From assembly GCF_963921235.1 (NCBI RefSeq), contig NC_086097.1, positions 103,046,001 through 103,110,000 of the forward strand: 64,000 nucleotides of DNA. Direction: 5' to 3'. The translations under genes and the position numbers were made by a program. A model generated the notes under the pieces. That model saw only the letters and a program-made list of their open reading frames with translations, was not told the DNA's origin and made no database searches. Positions 39,890 to 54,040 of the stretch are shown piece by piece. How positions within the stretch are numbered: position 1 is the first letter of the stretch; the number at the start of each line of letters is the position of its first letter. This stretch comes from Mobula hypostoma. Its lineage: Eukaryota.

Positions 39890-41470
39890 CAGGTGTCCCC
39901 CACTTTTCGAACGTTCGCTTTACGAAACCTCACTGTTACGAAAGACCTACATTAGTACCCTGTTTTCGCTTTCAGAAGGTGTTTTCACTGTTACGGAAAA
40001 AAATCAGCGTGCGATAAAAGGCAGCGCGCGCCCTGAGCAGCCGCTGTCCCCCAGATTCGGAACGGCATTGCTTAAACACGTGCCCGTGAGCAGCCGTTGG
40101 CAAGATGAGTTCTGAGGTATTGGAAAAGCCTGAAAGAGCTCGTAAGGGTGTTACACTTAGCGTAAAACTAGATGTAATTAAGCGTTTCGATTGTGGTGAA
40201 CGAAGTAAGGACTAAGTGAGTTTGGCTTGTGGAAACTGACGAACATGATGTTGAAGAGGTTTTGGCATCCCATGACCAAGAACTGATAGATGAAGAGCTG
40301 ATGCAATTGGAAGAGGAAAGGATAACAATTGAAACTGAATGCAGTAGTGAACGGACCAAAAGTGAAGTCATCCAGGAACTGAATGTGAAGCAACTGCGTG
40401 AGATTTTCGCTGCAATGATAAAGTACGACTTTAATTTTGAAAGGGTACGTAGGTTTAGGGGATATTTGCAGAATGGTTTGAGTCCTTACAAAGAACTGTA
40501 TGATAGAAAAATGCGCGAGGCTCAGCAGTCAAGCAAGCCTTCCGCATCAGCCACAGCAGATGACGAACCTCGACCTTCGACATCGAGGTGGGCAGTCATA
40601 GGAGAAGATGAGCTGCCTGTTCTAATGGAAACAGACAATGAGATGACACCCCAGTGTCCCACCACCCCGCGATTCGCGGAGAATGCAGCGGTAGCCAGGA
40701 GGCACACAGCACATCTTTAAGAAAAAAGCCGAAATAAACATGCAAATTAATTAGGTACCGCCCTGCACGTAATTGTCAGCTCAACTCGGAGACGACGCAA
40801 TTGGAAATCGGCACTGATCTGGGCCGACAATTACGTGCAGGGCAGTACCTAATTAATTAGCATGTTTATTTTGGCTTTTTCTTAAAGATGTGCTGGATGC
40901 CTCCCAGCTACCACTGCACCCCTGCGCGCTTTGTGGTTCGGTATCTGTTGACGGCCTGGAGGATGGGGGCCACTGCACCACCCAACCTGCGACGACTCAG
41001 CCTAACACACCATCATCTGTGTGCTCGGCGCTGAAGCAATTGCGGTAAGTGATACTACACTGTACATACATTATTTTTACTTTATATAGGCTGTGTATTT
41101 TTATGTGTTACTTGGTATGATTTGGCAGCTTCATAGCTTAAAGGTTACTGGAGAGCGCTTGCGTGAGATTTTCTGCCGACGGCACTTGCGCGAGATTTTC
41201 ACTACGGAGAACAGTGCAGTAATGATTGTGGAAATGTATTTCTACTTTATATAGGCTGTGTGTTTCTCATATCATTCCTGCTTTTACTATATGTTACTGT
41301 TATTTTAGGTTTTATGTGTTATTTGGCATGATTTGGTAGGTTATTTTTGGGTCTGCGAACGCTTACAAATTTTTCCCATATAAATGGTAATTGCTTCTTC
41401 GCTTTATGACATTTCGGGTTACGAACTGTTTCATAGGAACGCTCTACCTTCGGATGGTGGGGGAAACCTG
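39890..41470 (+). mobile_element. Internally deleted Tigger/pogo DNA transposon
   Basis: TA|CAGGTGTCCCCCAC...GTGGGGGAAACCTG|TA. N-terminal RKGVTLSVKLDVIKRFDCGE (CENP-B/psq HTH, about 40105-40215) joined to C-terminal DVEEVLASHDQELIDEELMQLEEE. No DDD domain. Confidence 0.9.
40684..40918. repeat. Long imperfect palindrome inside the Tigger element
   Basis: About 100-bp arms (CAGCACATCTTTAAGAAAAA... versus ...TTTTTCTTAAAGATGTGCTG) around a spacer of about 35 bp. Confidence 0.92.
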
Positions 41471-41514
41471 TATAATTCTTGTAAATATTGACTGAACCCT
41501 CTCTAGTGCCAACT

Positions 41515-42090
41515 CATCCTTCTGTAGATATGGGGCCCAAACCCTGCTCACAATACTCCACTGGTGGTCTGACCACTGTCTTATAAAGCCTCAGAATTAC
41601 ATCCTTGCTTTTATATTCTATTTCTTTTGAAATGAATGCAAACATTGCATTTCCCTTCCTCACCATTGACTCAGCCTGCAAATTATCCTTTAGGGAATCC
41701 TGCACAAAAGTTCCCAAGTCACTTTGCACCTTTGATTTCTGAATTGCTCCCTATTTAGAAAATACTGTAATTCTTTATTCCTTCTTCCAGAGTGCCTGAC
41801 CATGCACTTCTCTATGCTGAATTTCATCTGCCGTTTCTTTGTACATTCTCCTATCTGTCCAAGTCTTTCTGCAGCCTTCCTGTTTTCTCAACACTGAATG
41901 CTCCTTCTCCTATCTTTGCATCATCTGTAAACTTAGACACAAAGCCATTAATTCTGTCATCAAGATCATTAAGGTAGTGCACCTGACCCATGATGGAATA
42001 CCACTAGTCACAGGCAAGCAACCAGAAAAGCCCCCCTTTATTCCCTCTCTTTACCTTCTGCCTGTTTGCCAATCTTCTATCCACAAGTGT
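41515..42090 (-). mobile_element. CR1 RT fragment
   Basis: ORF 41514..41729: EYKSKDVILRLYKTVVRPPVEYCEQ. Confidence 0.85.
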
Positions 42091-42589
42091 GCACCTCCTT
42101 GACCAACATATTAGTTCATTGGTTTACTTCTGCAATCTAATGTTTTTCTCTTTATTAACAGCCAGGTGGTCTTATTTTATATCATCTAGAAACCTTTTCA
42201 TGTCTTCACTTGTCTAAATTACTAAATGAACTGCAAAAAGCAAGGGTATAAACTAATGAAATATAAGGATCCTCACTGTAAACTGCCTTCTAATCATTAA
42301 AACATAAACCACTCGTTAATTTTTGAGCCAGTTTTGGATCCCATTTGCTGCTCTTCGTTACATACTAAAGACATTTACATTTTTGGTCAGGCTGCCATTA
42401 ACCTTGCCATCAGCTTTGTTATTTGAGTTTGTTTCAGACTTGCCTCTTGGTTGGGTGACACAATGGTGCAGCTAGTAGAATGGCTGCTTCACAATGCCAG
42501 AGAACAAGGTTCAGTCCTGACATTGGTTGCAGTCTGTGCGGAGTTGGCAAGTTAATGAGAATGTGGGGAAAATAAATCAGAATCAGAGT

Positions 42590-43100
42590 CAGAATCAGAT
42601 TCAGGTTTAATATCTCCAGCATATGTCATAAAATCTGTTAACTTAGTGGTCGCAGTACAGTACAATACATGATAATATAGGAAAACAATAAGTAAATCAA
42701 TTACAGCAAATATATATGTACTGTATATTAATTAGTTAAATTAAAAATAGTGTAAAATGAGAAATTATATTTTTTTTAAAACGTGAGGAGGTGTTCATGG
42801 GTTCAATGTCCATTTAGGAATCAGATGGCAGAAGGGAAGAAGCTGTTTCAGATTGGCCGAGTTGTGTGCCTTCAGGATTCTGTACCTCCTTCCCGTTGGC
42901 AACAATAAGCATGTCCTGGGTGATGGGAGTCCTTAATAATGGATGCTGCCTTTCTGAGGCACCGTTCCTTGAAGATGTCTTGGGTAAAATGGAGGCTAGT
43001 AACCAAGATGGAGCAGACTAATTTTACAACTTTCTGTAGCTTTCAATCCTGTGCAATAGCCCCCCCCCCCACCATACCAGACAGTGATGCAGCCTGTCAG
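42590..43100 (-). mobile_element. Rex1-like LINE 3' fragment
   Basis: LTGCITVWYG motif, family 3'UTR and (AATCAG)n tail. Confidence 0.8.
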
Positions 43101-43239
43101 AAATGAAAACTGGGATGAGTGTAGATTACCACTGAAAATACTGAGCCACCTGAATTTCATTGGCGTATTTGCTATGTGGAAAAATAAGGAATTATTCAAG
43201 GAATTGTCTAAAAATCTTTATATACAGACCATGTCCTGA

Positions 43240-43536
<297 letters not shown>

Positions 43537-43699
43537 TGATTATATCCATGACAGTTTAATACTCGAGCTATCCAATTAGTCCCACTCCTTTGTTGCCTTC
43601 TCTTCATGGCTTAAAGAAGATTATAGCTGGGAGCTTAATATCTAGGTATACACATCATATTGAAAAGATAGGTAGCAAGGCAGAAGGCTCTTTTGGTTT

Positions 43700-46600
43700 A
43701 AAAAAAAGAAATTGTTACACCCAAATAAATGAATTGGTTTCTTACAATTTTAAAAGGAAGGTTAATATCAGTTGATACCAAATTATTCAAAGGAAAAAGT
43801 TCACTCTTGTGTAGGTTCAATTTATATCCAGAAAACTGACTAAAACAAGAGAGTAGAGAAAGCACAGAAGGTAACGAAGTTTTGACATTAGAAATGTAAA
43901 GCAATAAGTCATCCACATAAAGTGAAACTTTGTGGATAGTACCCTTCCATAAAATACCAGTGATATCATTAGATCCTTGAAAAGCAGTAGCTAAAGGTTC
44001 TAAGGCCAGGTCAAAGAACAAAGGACTCAAAGGGCAACCTTGTCTGGTTCCACGTTGAAGTTTAAATGGTTTAGAACTCTGAGAATTACTAAGAACCCGA
44101 GCAAAAGGAGATAAGTACAGTAATTTAATCCATTGAATAAAGTTGGACCCAAAATAAAATTTTTCTAAAATTTTAAATAATGCCATTCAACCCGATCAAA
44201 AGCCTTCTCAGCATCTAAGGATATCACACACTCCGATATCTCCTTAGAAGGAAAATAGATAACATTTAATAACTGACGAATATTAAAGTGAGAATATCAA
44301 TTTTTAATAAAACCAGTCTGATCGTCAGAAATGCTAGATGGCAAGATATTTTCCATCCTATGGGCCAGAACTTTAGATAGGATTTTAGCATCAACATTAA
44401 GTAAGGAAATTGGTCTATATGAAGAAAATTCAGTTGGGTTCTTTTTTTTTTAAGGATAAGCGAAATAGAAGCTTCGTAAAAAGATTGCGGCAACCTACCT
44501 GACTTAAAAGAATCTGAAAAAACTGAACATAAATGAGGTATAAGCAAAGAAGAAAAAGCCTTATAAAATTCTCCAGAAAATCCATCAGGACCTGGAGCTT
44601 TCCCTGAATGCAGTGAGCGTACAGCCTCGGCTATTTCTTTGTGAGAAATACATTGATCCAACTGTTTTCGGTTATCAACAGAAAGTGTAGGGATATTTAA
44701 TTGGTCTAAAAATTATTCATTACAGTATTATCTTTAAGAGGATCAGAACTATAAAGTTTAGAATAAAATTCTCTAAAAGTATCATTTATTTCTAAATGAT
44801 CAGTTGTCCCAATACCGTTAGCTTTATAAATTTCTTTAATCTGTCGTTTAGCACTAGAAGTTTTAATTTGGTCAGCCAATAATTTACCTGTTTTATTTCC
44901 ATGAATATAAAATTGACTTTTATCCTTCAGGAGTCGAGTTTCAATAGGATATGTTAATAAAAAATTATATTTAGTTTTAATTTCAACCTGTCTTTTATAT
45001 AAAACAGGACCTGAAGTCAAAGCATATTCTTCATCTAATTGTTTCAGCTGATTGGCTAAACTAATTCTCTCTTTATTAGCGTTTTTCTTAACACTTGCAG
45101 TATAAGAAATGATTTGTCCTCTTAATATATGCTTTAAAGGCGTCCCATATGACAAGGCTAGACGTCTCCTCCACCATATTCTCTTCAAAAAAGAGAGTAA
45201 TTTGCCTCTCCAAGAAATGTAAGAAATCCTTGTCAGATAACAAAGTTAAATTACGATGCCAGAATCTGTTTGAGGAAAACCAGGAAGATTTATGGATAAA
45301 AGCATAGGAGCATGGTCAGAAATAGCAATCTCTTTGTATTCACAAGATCAAACTAATGGAATCATTTGGTTATCAATAAAAAAAAGTCAATTCTGGAATA
45401 CGTATGATGAACATGAGAGGAAAACGAGTATTCACTATCTGCTGGGTGTAAGAAATGCCATATATCAACAATCCCACATTTCTTTACAAATGAATGAATA
45501 AACAAGGCTGATTTATTAAATGTGGCTGATTTAAAAGAAGAGCGATCTGAACCTGGATCTAACCAGCAATTAAAGTCTCCTGCCATCACCAATGAGTACA
45601 AACTCAGATCAGGCAGAAATGAAAAAGAAAATGCTCAAAGAATCCTGGATCGTCTATATTTGGAGCATAAACATTAGCAAATACTAACAATTTACTCTGT
45701 ACTTTCCCTGATACTATAACAAATTGCCCATTAGTATCAGAATCAACCTTGTGTTGAACAAAGGGAACTGTATTTTCTATAAAAATCAAAACTCCTCTAG
45801 ATTTGGCCTGAAAACAAGAATGAAAGTGCAATTCTCTCCATCGGCTGAAAAGGCGTGAATTATCAGAATTGCGTTTCTTGTTTAAAAAAAATAATTTTTT
45901 ATGTTTTTTAATATAGGCAAATATCTTATTTCGTTTCAAAGGGTAATTTAATTTAATCCTTTCAAGTTAAGACTAAGTAAATTAATACTATAATCCATGT
46001 TATTATTATTTAAAAGAAAAGTTAAAAGGATAATCCTTAAGAAGATTAATAAAACTAAGCAATGACCTATGAGATAAGGAAACCAAACAACAGGTTTGAC
46101 TAAGAATCCCAAACAGCTTCCAAGAAAAAAAACCCAAACACCTTCCCCGCTCCCAAAGAGAGTAAGTCGACCAAAGAAAGTTGATGCCTATAACTAATAA
46201 CAACATCCTCCCAAAAATCCTGCTGGCTTAGCTCCAAAGAAATTTCAAAGTTAGAAATATTCCAACCTAGTCAGAACGACAGATAATAAATACACAGTTT
46301 ATTCTGATATCAAGAACTCTAGAAAAGTAAGTATAATATAAAATAATATGGAACACAATATTAGCTCATTAAAATCTTATTCTCAAAGTAAAACCTTGGA
46401 AGGTTCAAAAAGAGAATTGACTGCAAGATTCACCAGAGGCAAAACACACAATTACTCATGTAAGTTTTTGTTTAACAGCTGTTACATGACACTTTTAAAC
46501 TTGGCAGACAAAGTATTAGCACATTAAAGTCTTATTCCCAAAATAAAGCTTTAAAAAGTTCAAAAAGAAAGAGTTAAGTACAAAGTTTAGCAAAGGTAAA

Positions 46601-47535
46601 ACAGACAGTTATTCATGTAACAAATAATAAGCAATCACTTTACTGACTCTAAAAATTTCTGGGCCTAGAGACTTGAATGGAACCATTCCTGCGATCCATC
46701 CTGCAGTGTAATTCTGAGCTTCTCTGGATACTGTAGAGAAGGTTTAAAATCCTTGTTGTAGAGCTCTGACATGACACTTTTCAAGTTAGCATGCTCCCAC
46801 ATAATCTCTGCCAAGAAATCTTCAACGATTCTAATCTTATTACCATTATAATCAATCATACCTTTCCGACGAGATTCACGAATTATACGGTCCTTTGTTT
46901 GAAACTCATGAAAACTGATTATGACTGAATGAGGTTTGCTTGCAAACGTTCTGTTCCCAGGTACTCTGTGCGCTCAGTTGATCATTGGTGTTGATTTTAA
47001 AATATCAGGAAAATAACTGAACCAAAAAGTTTGCAAATAATTCCATAGGGTGATCACCTTCAGTTAACTCTTCGAGACCAAGAGTTCGTACGTTATTCCT
47101 TCTACTTCTGTCTTCTAAATCAGTAATCTTCTGTCTTAGTTTGTCATTAACCTTGGATTATTTTTCATAATGCTTTTGCAGGTCGTCCATTTTCTCATCC
47201 AGAATCGACAGGATTTCTTCATTCTCTTTTATTCGTTTATCGTGCTCAGTTAAGATCTCTTGAATAGAATCCAGTTTTGTAGTTAATTGTTTAATTTCAG
47301 AGCCAAGTCGTTGAAACTCTTTGGAGGATTCCTTTCTAAATCGCTGAAATTCCTCGGACGCTTCTTTTCTGTGCTTTTGCAGCAATTCAATAATAGAATC
47401 CAAAGATGTAGAAGAATCTTCCTTTTTACCTTTAGCCGTTCTTGTAGTCATAGTATCAAATCAGGTTGGAAAGTAAGAAAAGTAAAGTAAACTAGGAGCA
47501 GCTATAAAATGCTGTTATTCCATCCACAGCCAGCA
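43700..47535 (-). mobile_element. L1 LINE with ORF1, spacer, endonuclease and RT; 3' end lost
   Basis: ORF1 ATG at 47451 (coiled coil; NKIRIVEDF). ORF2 from 45998 (MDYSINLLSLNLKGLN, NVYAPN, GDFN, SRIDFF, PGPDGF, GTRQGCPLSP, LYVDD). Confidence 0.92.
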
Positions 47536-47978
47536 GGAATGAACTGAAATTGGTTAGAGAGCTTAAGGTAAAAGAACCCTGAGGGGTAAGTGATCAAAGT
47601 ATAAGAGAATTCACCCTGAAATTTGAGACTGAGAAGCTAAAGTCAGCTGTATCGGTATTACAGTGGAGTAAAAGGAATTAGAGACATGAGAGAGGAGTTG
47701 GCCAGAATTGATTTGAAAAGACCACTGGTAGGGATGATGGCAGAGCAGAAACGGATGGAATTTCTGGAAGCAACTCAAAAGGCGCAGGGTATATACTGTA
47801 CATCCCAAAGTGTAAGAAATATTCTAAAGGCAAGTTGACACAACTATGGCTAACAAGTCCAACATAAAAATCAAAGAGAGGATATATAATGAAGCAAAAG
47901 TTAGTGGGAAGTTAGGGGATTGGGAAGCTTTTAAAAACTTAACAGAAGGCACTAAAAAGTCATTAAGAAGGTAAAGGT

Positions 47979-48176
47979 AAACAACAGGAATTCTGCAGAT
48001 GTTGGAAATTCAAGCAACACACATCAAAGTTGCTGGTGAACGCAGCAGGCCAGGCAGCATCTCTAGGAAGAGGTGCAGTCAACGTAACGCAGCAGGCCAG
48101 GCAGCATCTCTAGGTAGTCCTGATGAAGGGTCTCGGTCTGAAACGTCGACTGCTGCGTTCACCAGCAATTTTGATG
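47979..48176. mobile_element. Fold-back Penelope-derived element nested in CR1
   Basis: 14-bp TSD AAGAAGGTAAAGGT (47965-47978 and 48177-48190), inverted arms and an internal duplication of about 30 bp. Confidence 0.88.
48115..48152 (+). ncRNA. Minimal type I hammerhead ribozyme motif
   Basis: TAGTC-CTGATGA-AGGGTCTCGGTCT-GAAA-CG-TC-GACTG with a GUC cleavage triplet. Activity untested. Confidence 0.75.
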
Positions 48177-50979
48177 AAGAAGGTAAAGGTGGTAAGCGGA
48201 AATAAGCTAGCCAATAATATTAAAGAGGATACCAAAAGTTTTTTGAGATGCATAGTTTAAAAGAGAGGCAAGAGTGGATATGGGACTGCTGGGAAATGAT
48301 ACTGGACAGGTAGTAATGGGGGACAAAGAAATGGCAGATGAACTGTATAAGAATTTTGCATCAGTCTTCAATGGAAGACATTAGCAGTGTGGTGGAAGTT
48401 CCAGATGTCAAGGATCATGAAGTGTGAAGTTTACCATCACTAGAGGGAAGGTTGTTGGGAAACTGAAAGGTCTGAAGGTAGATAAGTCACTTGGACCAAA
48501 TGGTGTACACACCAGAGTTCTGAAAGAGGTGGCTGAAGACATCGTTTCTTGAAAGATCATTAATAATCTCTCCATGCAAGATTCTGGAATACTGAAAAAT
48601 TGCAAATATCACTTCACTTTTCAAGAAGAGAGAGAGGCAGATGAAAGGAAATTATAGGCCAGTTAGTCTGACCTCAGTGGTTGGGAAGATGTTGGAGTTG
48701 ATTGGTAAGAATGTGGTTTCGGGGTACTTGGAGGCACATGATAAAATAGGCCATAGTCAGAATGGTTTCCTCGAGAAAATCTTGCCTCACAAATCTGTTG
48801 GAATTCTTTGAGAAATAACAAGCAGGACAGACAAAGGAGAATTGTTTGATGTTAATTACTTGGATTTTCAGAAGGCTTTTGACAAGGTGGCACACAGGAG
48901 GCTGCTAAACAAGCTACCAGCCCATGATATTAGAACCATAGAATATTATATTACAGGAAAGGTTCTAGCAAGGATAAAACAGTGGCTGATTGGCAGGAGA
49001 TGAAGAGTGGGAATAAAGGGAGTCTTTTCTGGTTGGCTGCCAGTGACTAGTGGTGTTTCACAGGGTACTGTGTTGGGACTGATTCTTTTTAAGTTATATG
49101 TCAATGATTTGTATGATGGAATTGATGGCTTTGTTGTAAAGTTTGCAGACAATACGAAGATGGGTGGAGGAGCAGGTAGTTATGAGGAAATAGGGAGATT
49201 ACAGAAGGATTTAAACAGATTAGGAGAATAGGCAGAGAAATGGCAGAAGTAGTACAGTGTTGAGATGTGTATGGTCATGCGCTTTGGCAGAAGAAATGAA
49301 AGGGAGAGAAAATACAAAAACCTGAGATGCAAAGGGACTGGGAGTCCTTGTACAGGTTGAGTCTGTGTTGAGGAAAGCAAATGTGATGTTAGCATTCATT
49401 TCAAGAGGACTAGAATATAAAAGTGAGGATGTAATATTGAGACTTTATAAAGCACTGGAGAGACCTCACTTGGAGTATTGTGAACTGTTTTGGGCCCCTT
49501 AGAAAGAATGTGTTGAAACTAGAGAGGGTTGAAAGGAAGTTCAGGAGAATGATTCCAGGATTGAATGGCTTATCATATGAAGTGCGTTTGATGTTCTGGA
49601 CTTGTATTCACTGGAATTTAGAAGAATGAGGGATAACCTAATTGAAACCTCTCAAATGGTGAAAGGCCTTGATAGAGAGGATGTTTCCTATGGTGGGAAG
49701 GCCCAAGAGCAGAGGACACAGTCTCAGAATAGAGGGGGAGTCCTTTTAGAACAGCGATGGGGAGGAATTTCTTTAGCCAGAGTGTGATAAATCTGTGGAA
49801 TTCATTGCTCCAGGCAGCTGTGGAGGCCTTTACCTATATTTAAGACAGAGGTTGATAGACTCTTGATTGGTAAGGGCATGATGGGATAAGGGGGGAAGGC
49901 AGGAGATTGGGACTGAGAGGAAAATTGGATCAACCATGATGAAATAGTGGAGCAGACACAATGGGCCAAATGGCCTAATTCTGCTCCTATATTTTATGGT
50001 CACCTTTAAAACCAGTGGAACACTTAATTCCTCCACTTCTCTGATGGTAGTAGGTTCTAGAACTCCCCACGCTGCCCCCCCCAATTCTCCAACTGTACCA
50101 TCTTCCTCCATTGTGAATAGTAAAAAGTTCTTGTGTCCTTTGGTTCCACACATAGATTAAATACCTTAGATGGGTTTACAAAGTTGTGACTCTCCATAAT
50201 CTTGCCTGCCTGCCGGTGTTCTATTGTATTATTTTCCCTTCTGATTTTTTGTTTTTCTTGTTTTCAATCCTCTAAACTTGCCATTCACTGCAGTTTTATC
50301 CAACTCTTGATATCCCTTGATGCCATTGGTTCCTTGGATTTAATGCCCTTCCACTCTTATGAGAACACATTAGTATTTTTCAAATTTGACTACTTTCTTT
50401 AGTAGCATATGGGCACCTCAAGTCTGTGTCCATTTTTATCAGGTGCAGTTTTATAATATTGAAATCTTCTTTCCTTCAATTGGGGACTATCATCACTCCA
50501 GTATCCTCCTTCAATAGTTATGACCACTCTACCTGAAATGTTCTTTGCTGATGCTCTCTTGGCCTCAAAATATTCCACTGGATGCACCTCATCAGCTCCT
50601 AGGGATTTATTTAAAAGCTGTTCACAGTTAATATTTGAGAAATTGAAATCCTCTACTACTATTGCTCTTATTGTTTTTACACCTCTCTTGTGATTTGTCT
50701 GTGCATCCACACCTCTATCTCCTGAAACACATCCCTCAGAAAAGTGATCAAACTCTTTGTTTAGAAGTTCCGCCTATATGGCTTTATTTGAAGATCTTTC
50801 AATGATGTACTCATTTCTTAATGCAGTAATGGATGCTTTGATATTGTAATACCATCTCTTCTTTTACATCACCACCAACCCCCACCCAGCCGTCATTTTA
50901 TCTGAAGATTCTATGCCTTGGAATGTTGAGTTGCCAGTTCTACTTTTCTCAACATAAATATGTGATAGTAACACTCTCA

Positions 50980-51820
50980 GAATAAGTTTAATTTATTTAT
51001 CACACATACATCGAAACATACAGTGAAATGCAAAATTTGCGTTAACAGCCAACACAAGCTAAGGATATGCTGGCAGAAGTCCACAAGTCTCGCCCCATAT
51101 TACCATACCAACATAGCATGCCCACAATGTTCAGCAGAATCAAGCAAGTAACAACAACAACAATACAAGCCTCTTCCACCTTCTGACCCATTTACTTATC
51201 CTCTCAGTCATACAGATAGGCCTCTAAACCCAGAAGAGGCTGCCACTGGGCCTCTGACCCCTAGTCCTTGGCTCCGGATTCTTAGACTAGCAGACATCAG
51301 GACTCCAACTTACAGACTCACTAACCCAAGGACTTTGACATCCAGTCCTTGGCCCTGGACTCTCAGACTCATAGGCATCAGTCGTCCAACTTCCGGACAC
51401 GCTGACCATGGGGGTTTGACCTTTACACCTTGACCTCAGATCTCAATGAATACAAGACTTTGACCTCCAGGCTCTGACCTCTGGACTCGCATGGACTTCT
51501 GACCCTAGAACTCACCAACCTGTGGTGTCACCAGCCCTTGTACATACTGTCCATATGGATTTCCTAATCTGGGGGTGCTGGGAGGAGGTTGCTATTTTTT
51601 TTCCTCAGCACTTGCTGACCTGACCCTCAGGGATAGCTGGCCTTTGACTGCAGGGTGCTCTGACCTGGACTCTGATCTCTGGCTCTTCGTTTATTGCCCC
51701 TGACCTCTTACTCTACCCAATACCAAAACCCTATACTGACCCTTAACTCCATGTGCTGTCCCCAAAACCATCCCTACAAATCTGAGCCACAACCTCAACG
51801 GATGTCACATCTCAGCGCCA
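50980..51820 (-). mobile_element. Probable SINE-like element with internal degenerate tandem repeats
   Basis: Tail-like tttatttatcacac start and recurring gactc/tgacct motifs at 51250-51720. Confidence 0.4.
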
Positions 51821-53738
51821 GGCGTTAGTAAACACCCTCTGTTCATTTGCCTTGCTTGTTAAGCTGTTTATAATAGAATAGATGCACTTCTGCCTTCTGT
51901 TCCTCCCAAGTGCCCTGTCTAGTCTATACATAATTGTTTTTGTTGAAATGACTTGGTTTTCTTTTTTATATTTGACTGCTCCGTACCCTCTCCTATGTTC
52001 TTAATCTGATCTCCCTGCTTGTTACATGGACTTGATTTTCATTCTATACTTATCTTTTTATTGGTAGGGAACTGAGTGGGTGCATACTTTACTGTTGTTA
52101 ATAAGAGGAGCTATCATTCTGAAAGGTTATAACCACTTGCCTTGATTAAGCTTAATTCTCTGGAGTGGAACCCACAACCTTTTGACTTGAGTAAGAGCTG
52201 TGCACTGAACCAGACATGACATCTTAGTAATTAAGATAGAGGTTTGGGGAATAAGTTACCATAGTGAAACTAGTGAAGCACGTAATGTTAAGTTATTTCA
52301 TGATGTAATTGGATGTAATTTAGACTGAAATGATTGTGGGCTGTTTAGAGCAGTTAGCAGGATGCAGCTGACATATACACACACAGGCCTGTATTTTGTT
52401 AGAGAAAATTTGCCTGATCAAATAATGTGAACGCTTAGCATGCAATTTTACAAGATTGTGGCTCCTTAGCACACTTCAAGCCTCAGGACTCAATGTTGAA
52501 TTCAACAATTTATACAACCACTCTTTCTTGTTTGTGTTACAAATGGCCAATTCTATTTACATTCATCCAGACAGATAAACTATGAACAAGCATTCACCAG
52601 TTTCTCCTAATCAGCATGGACAGCATTGTGTAACCTGGGTTACTTTGATCTTCACCCTATTGCTTGTTCTTTGTTCTCTCTACTTTTACCCATCTCCTAT
52701 CCCTGCTAATTGAAACACACTTGTCCTCTCACTTTTGTAATTTTGGTTGAGTTTCATGCTTGGGAAGCTGACCCGGGAGAGAATGTTTTCAATTATAATC
52801 TTTGTTTAGTTGTTTGTTCATGACCATTTAGATGGATCTTGTACAGCATTGCTGTTGACTGCTACCCAGCTCAAATGATTAGAGCACATTTAAATTGAAA
52901 GCATTTTTGTTTACAATATCACAGGAGCTTCATTATAGGAAGTTATCAGATGTAAATTACACAGATATAAGGAATGGATGTTGCAATCAAACCTAGATCT
53001 TTAAATAATCTTTTCAAACAGCTTCCACATTGGTCTGTTTGGATGATCCAAGTTCGTAGAGGTTAAGTATTTAGTTGTTGTACTTCTGATCTGCAGAACT
53101 ATCTGTCCAAATCATGTCATTAAAAATTACTGCATTCAAAGGGCATAGAGACAACATACCATTTTATGCTTTTGTATACATATAAGTCGAGTGTTCAGCT
53201 GCATACTTCTCATCATATGGATTTTGGGAGACCAAAGAAATCATTTGAATCCCCTTAAGCTGAATCTTGCTGTAGTCACTGTGTTTTACCAAGTTATCAC
53301 AACAGTGGCTCTAATATCCCTTGTTGTTGCATGATAACTATGTTGTAGTTCCATCGACCACTAACCCCAAAATGAAAGCTACTTGGAAGCTACTGACTGC
53401 ACAAGTTTCTCCTTCATCCTGTTCTGTGATGAACACAATATTACATCTCAGTCAGATTGTAACTAGAAGGGTTTATTCATCAGTGCATTATTTCAAAGTT
53501 GTTTACCCAGTCATGGATCTTGTTGCTATATGTGGGATCTTGCTGTAGGTAAATTAGCAGCTGTGTTTTAGACAACATGGGAACATGGGAAGACTAAGAA
53601 GTATAAGATTAATATAAATGGTTGCCTGGACTCTAGGCTGAAGGGCCTTTTCCATGTAAGTCTTTTTAACCTCTGTCTGTGATCTGTGCCAATTCATTCA
53701 TTAAAGCAAGAAAAACATTTTTTTTTTTAACTTTTTAG

Positions 53739-53867
<129 letters not shown>

Positions 53868-54040
53868 TGAATGTTTAATAATTAGAGAAATCATATTTAG
53901 AAGAGATGAGTTATGCAATTGATTATACCTTTGCCATTTTGACCTTTTAAAACATTAACTTAAATTTGTCACTAAGATTTTTCGTAGTTCTGACAAACAG
54001 TCTCTAATCTGAAATGTTAACTTTGTTCCACTTTCCACAC

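Larger units (their letters stand above)
47536..50000 (+). mobile_element. Decayed CR1 LINE (upstream piece at about 43600-43710)
   Basis: ELKVKEP endonuclease tail, TSGVSQGTVLG, KFADNTK and 3' tail. Confidence 0.88.

Noticed and set aside
51250..51720. CRISPR-like or regular repeat array
   Set aside because: Degenerate, irregular units with no repeat-spacer structure, in a vertebrate intron.
53985..54025. Additional hammerheads (also about 9211, about 18920 and about 57785)
   Set aside because: Catalytic boxes are mutated; these are relics only.
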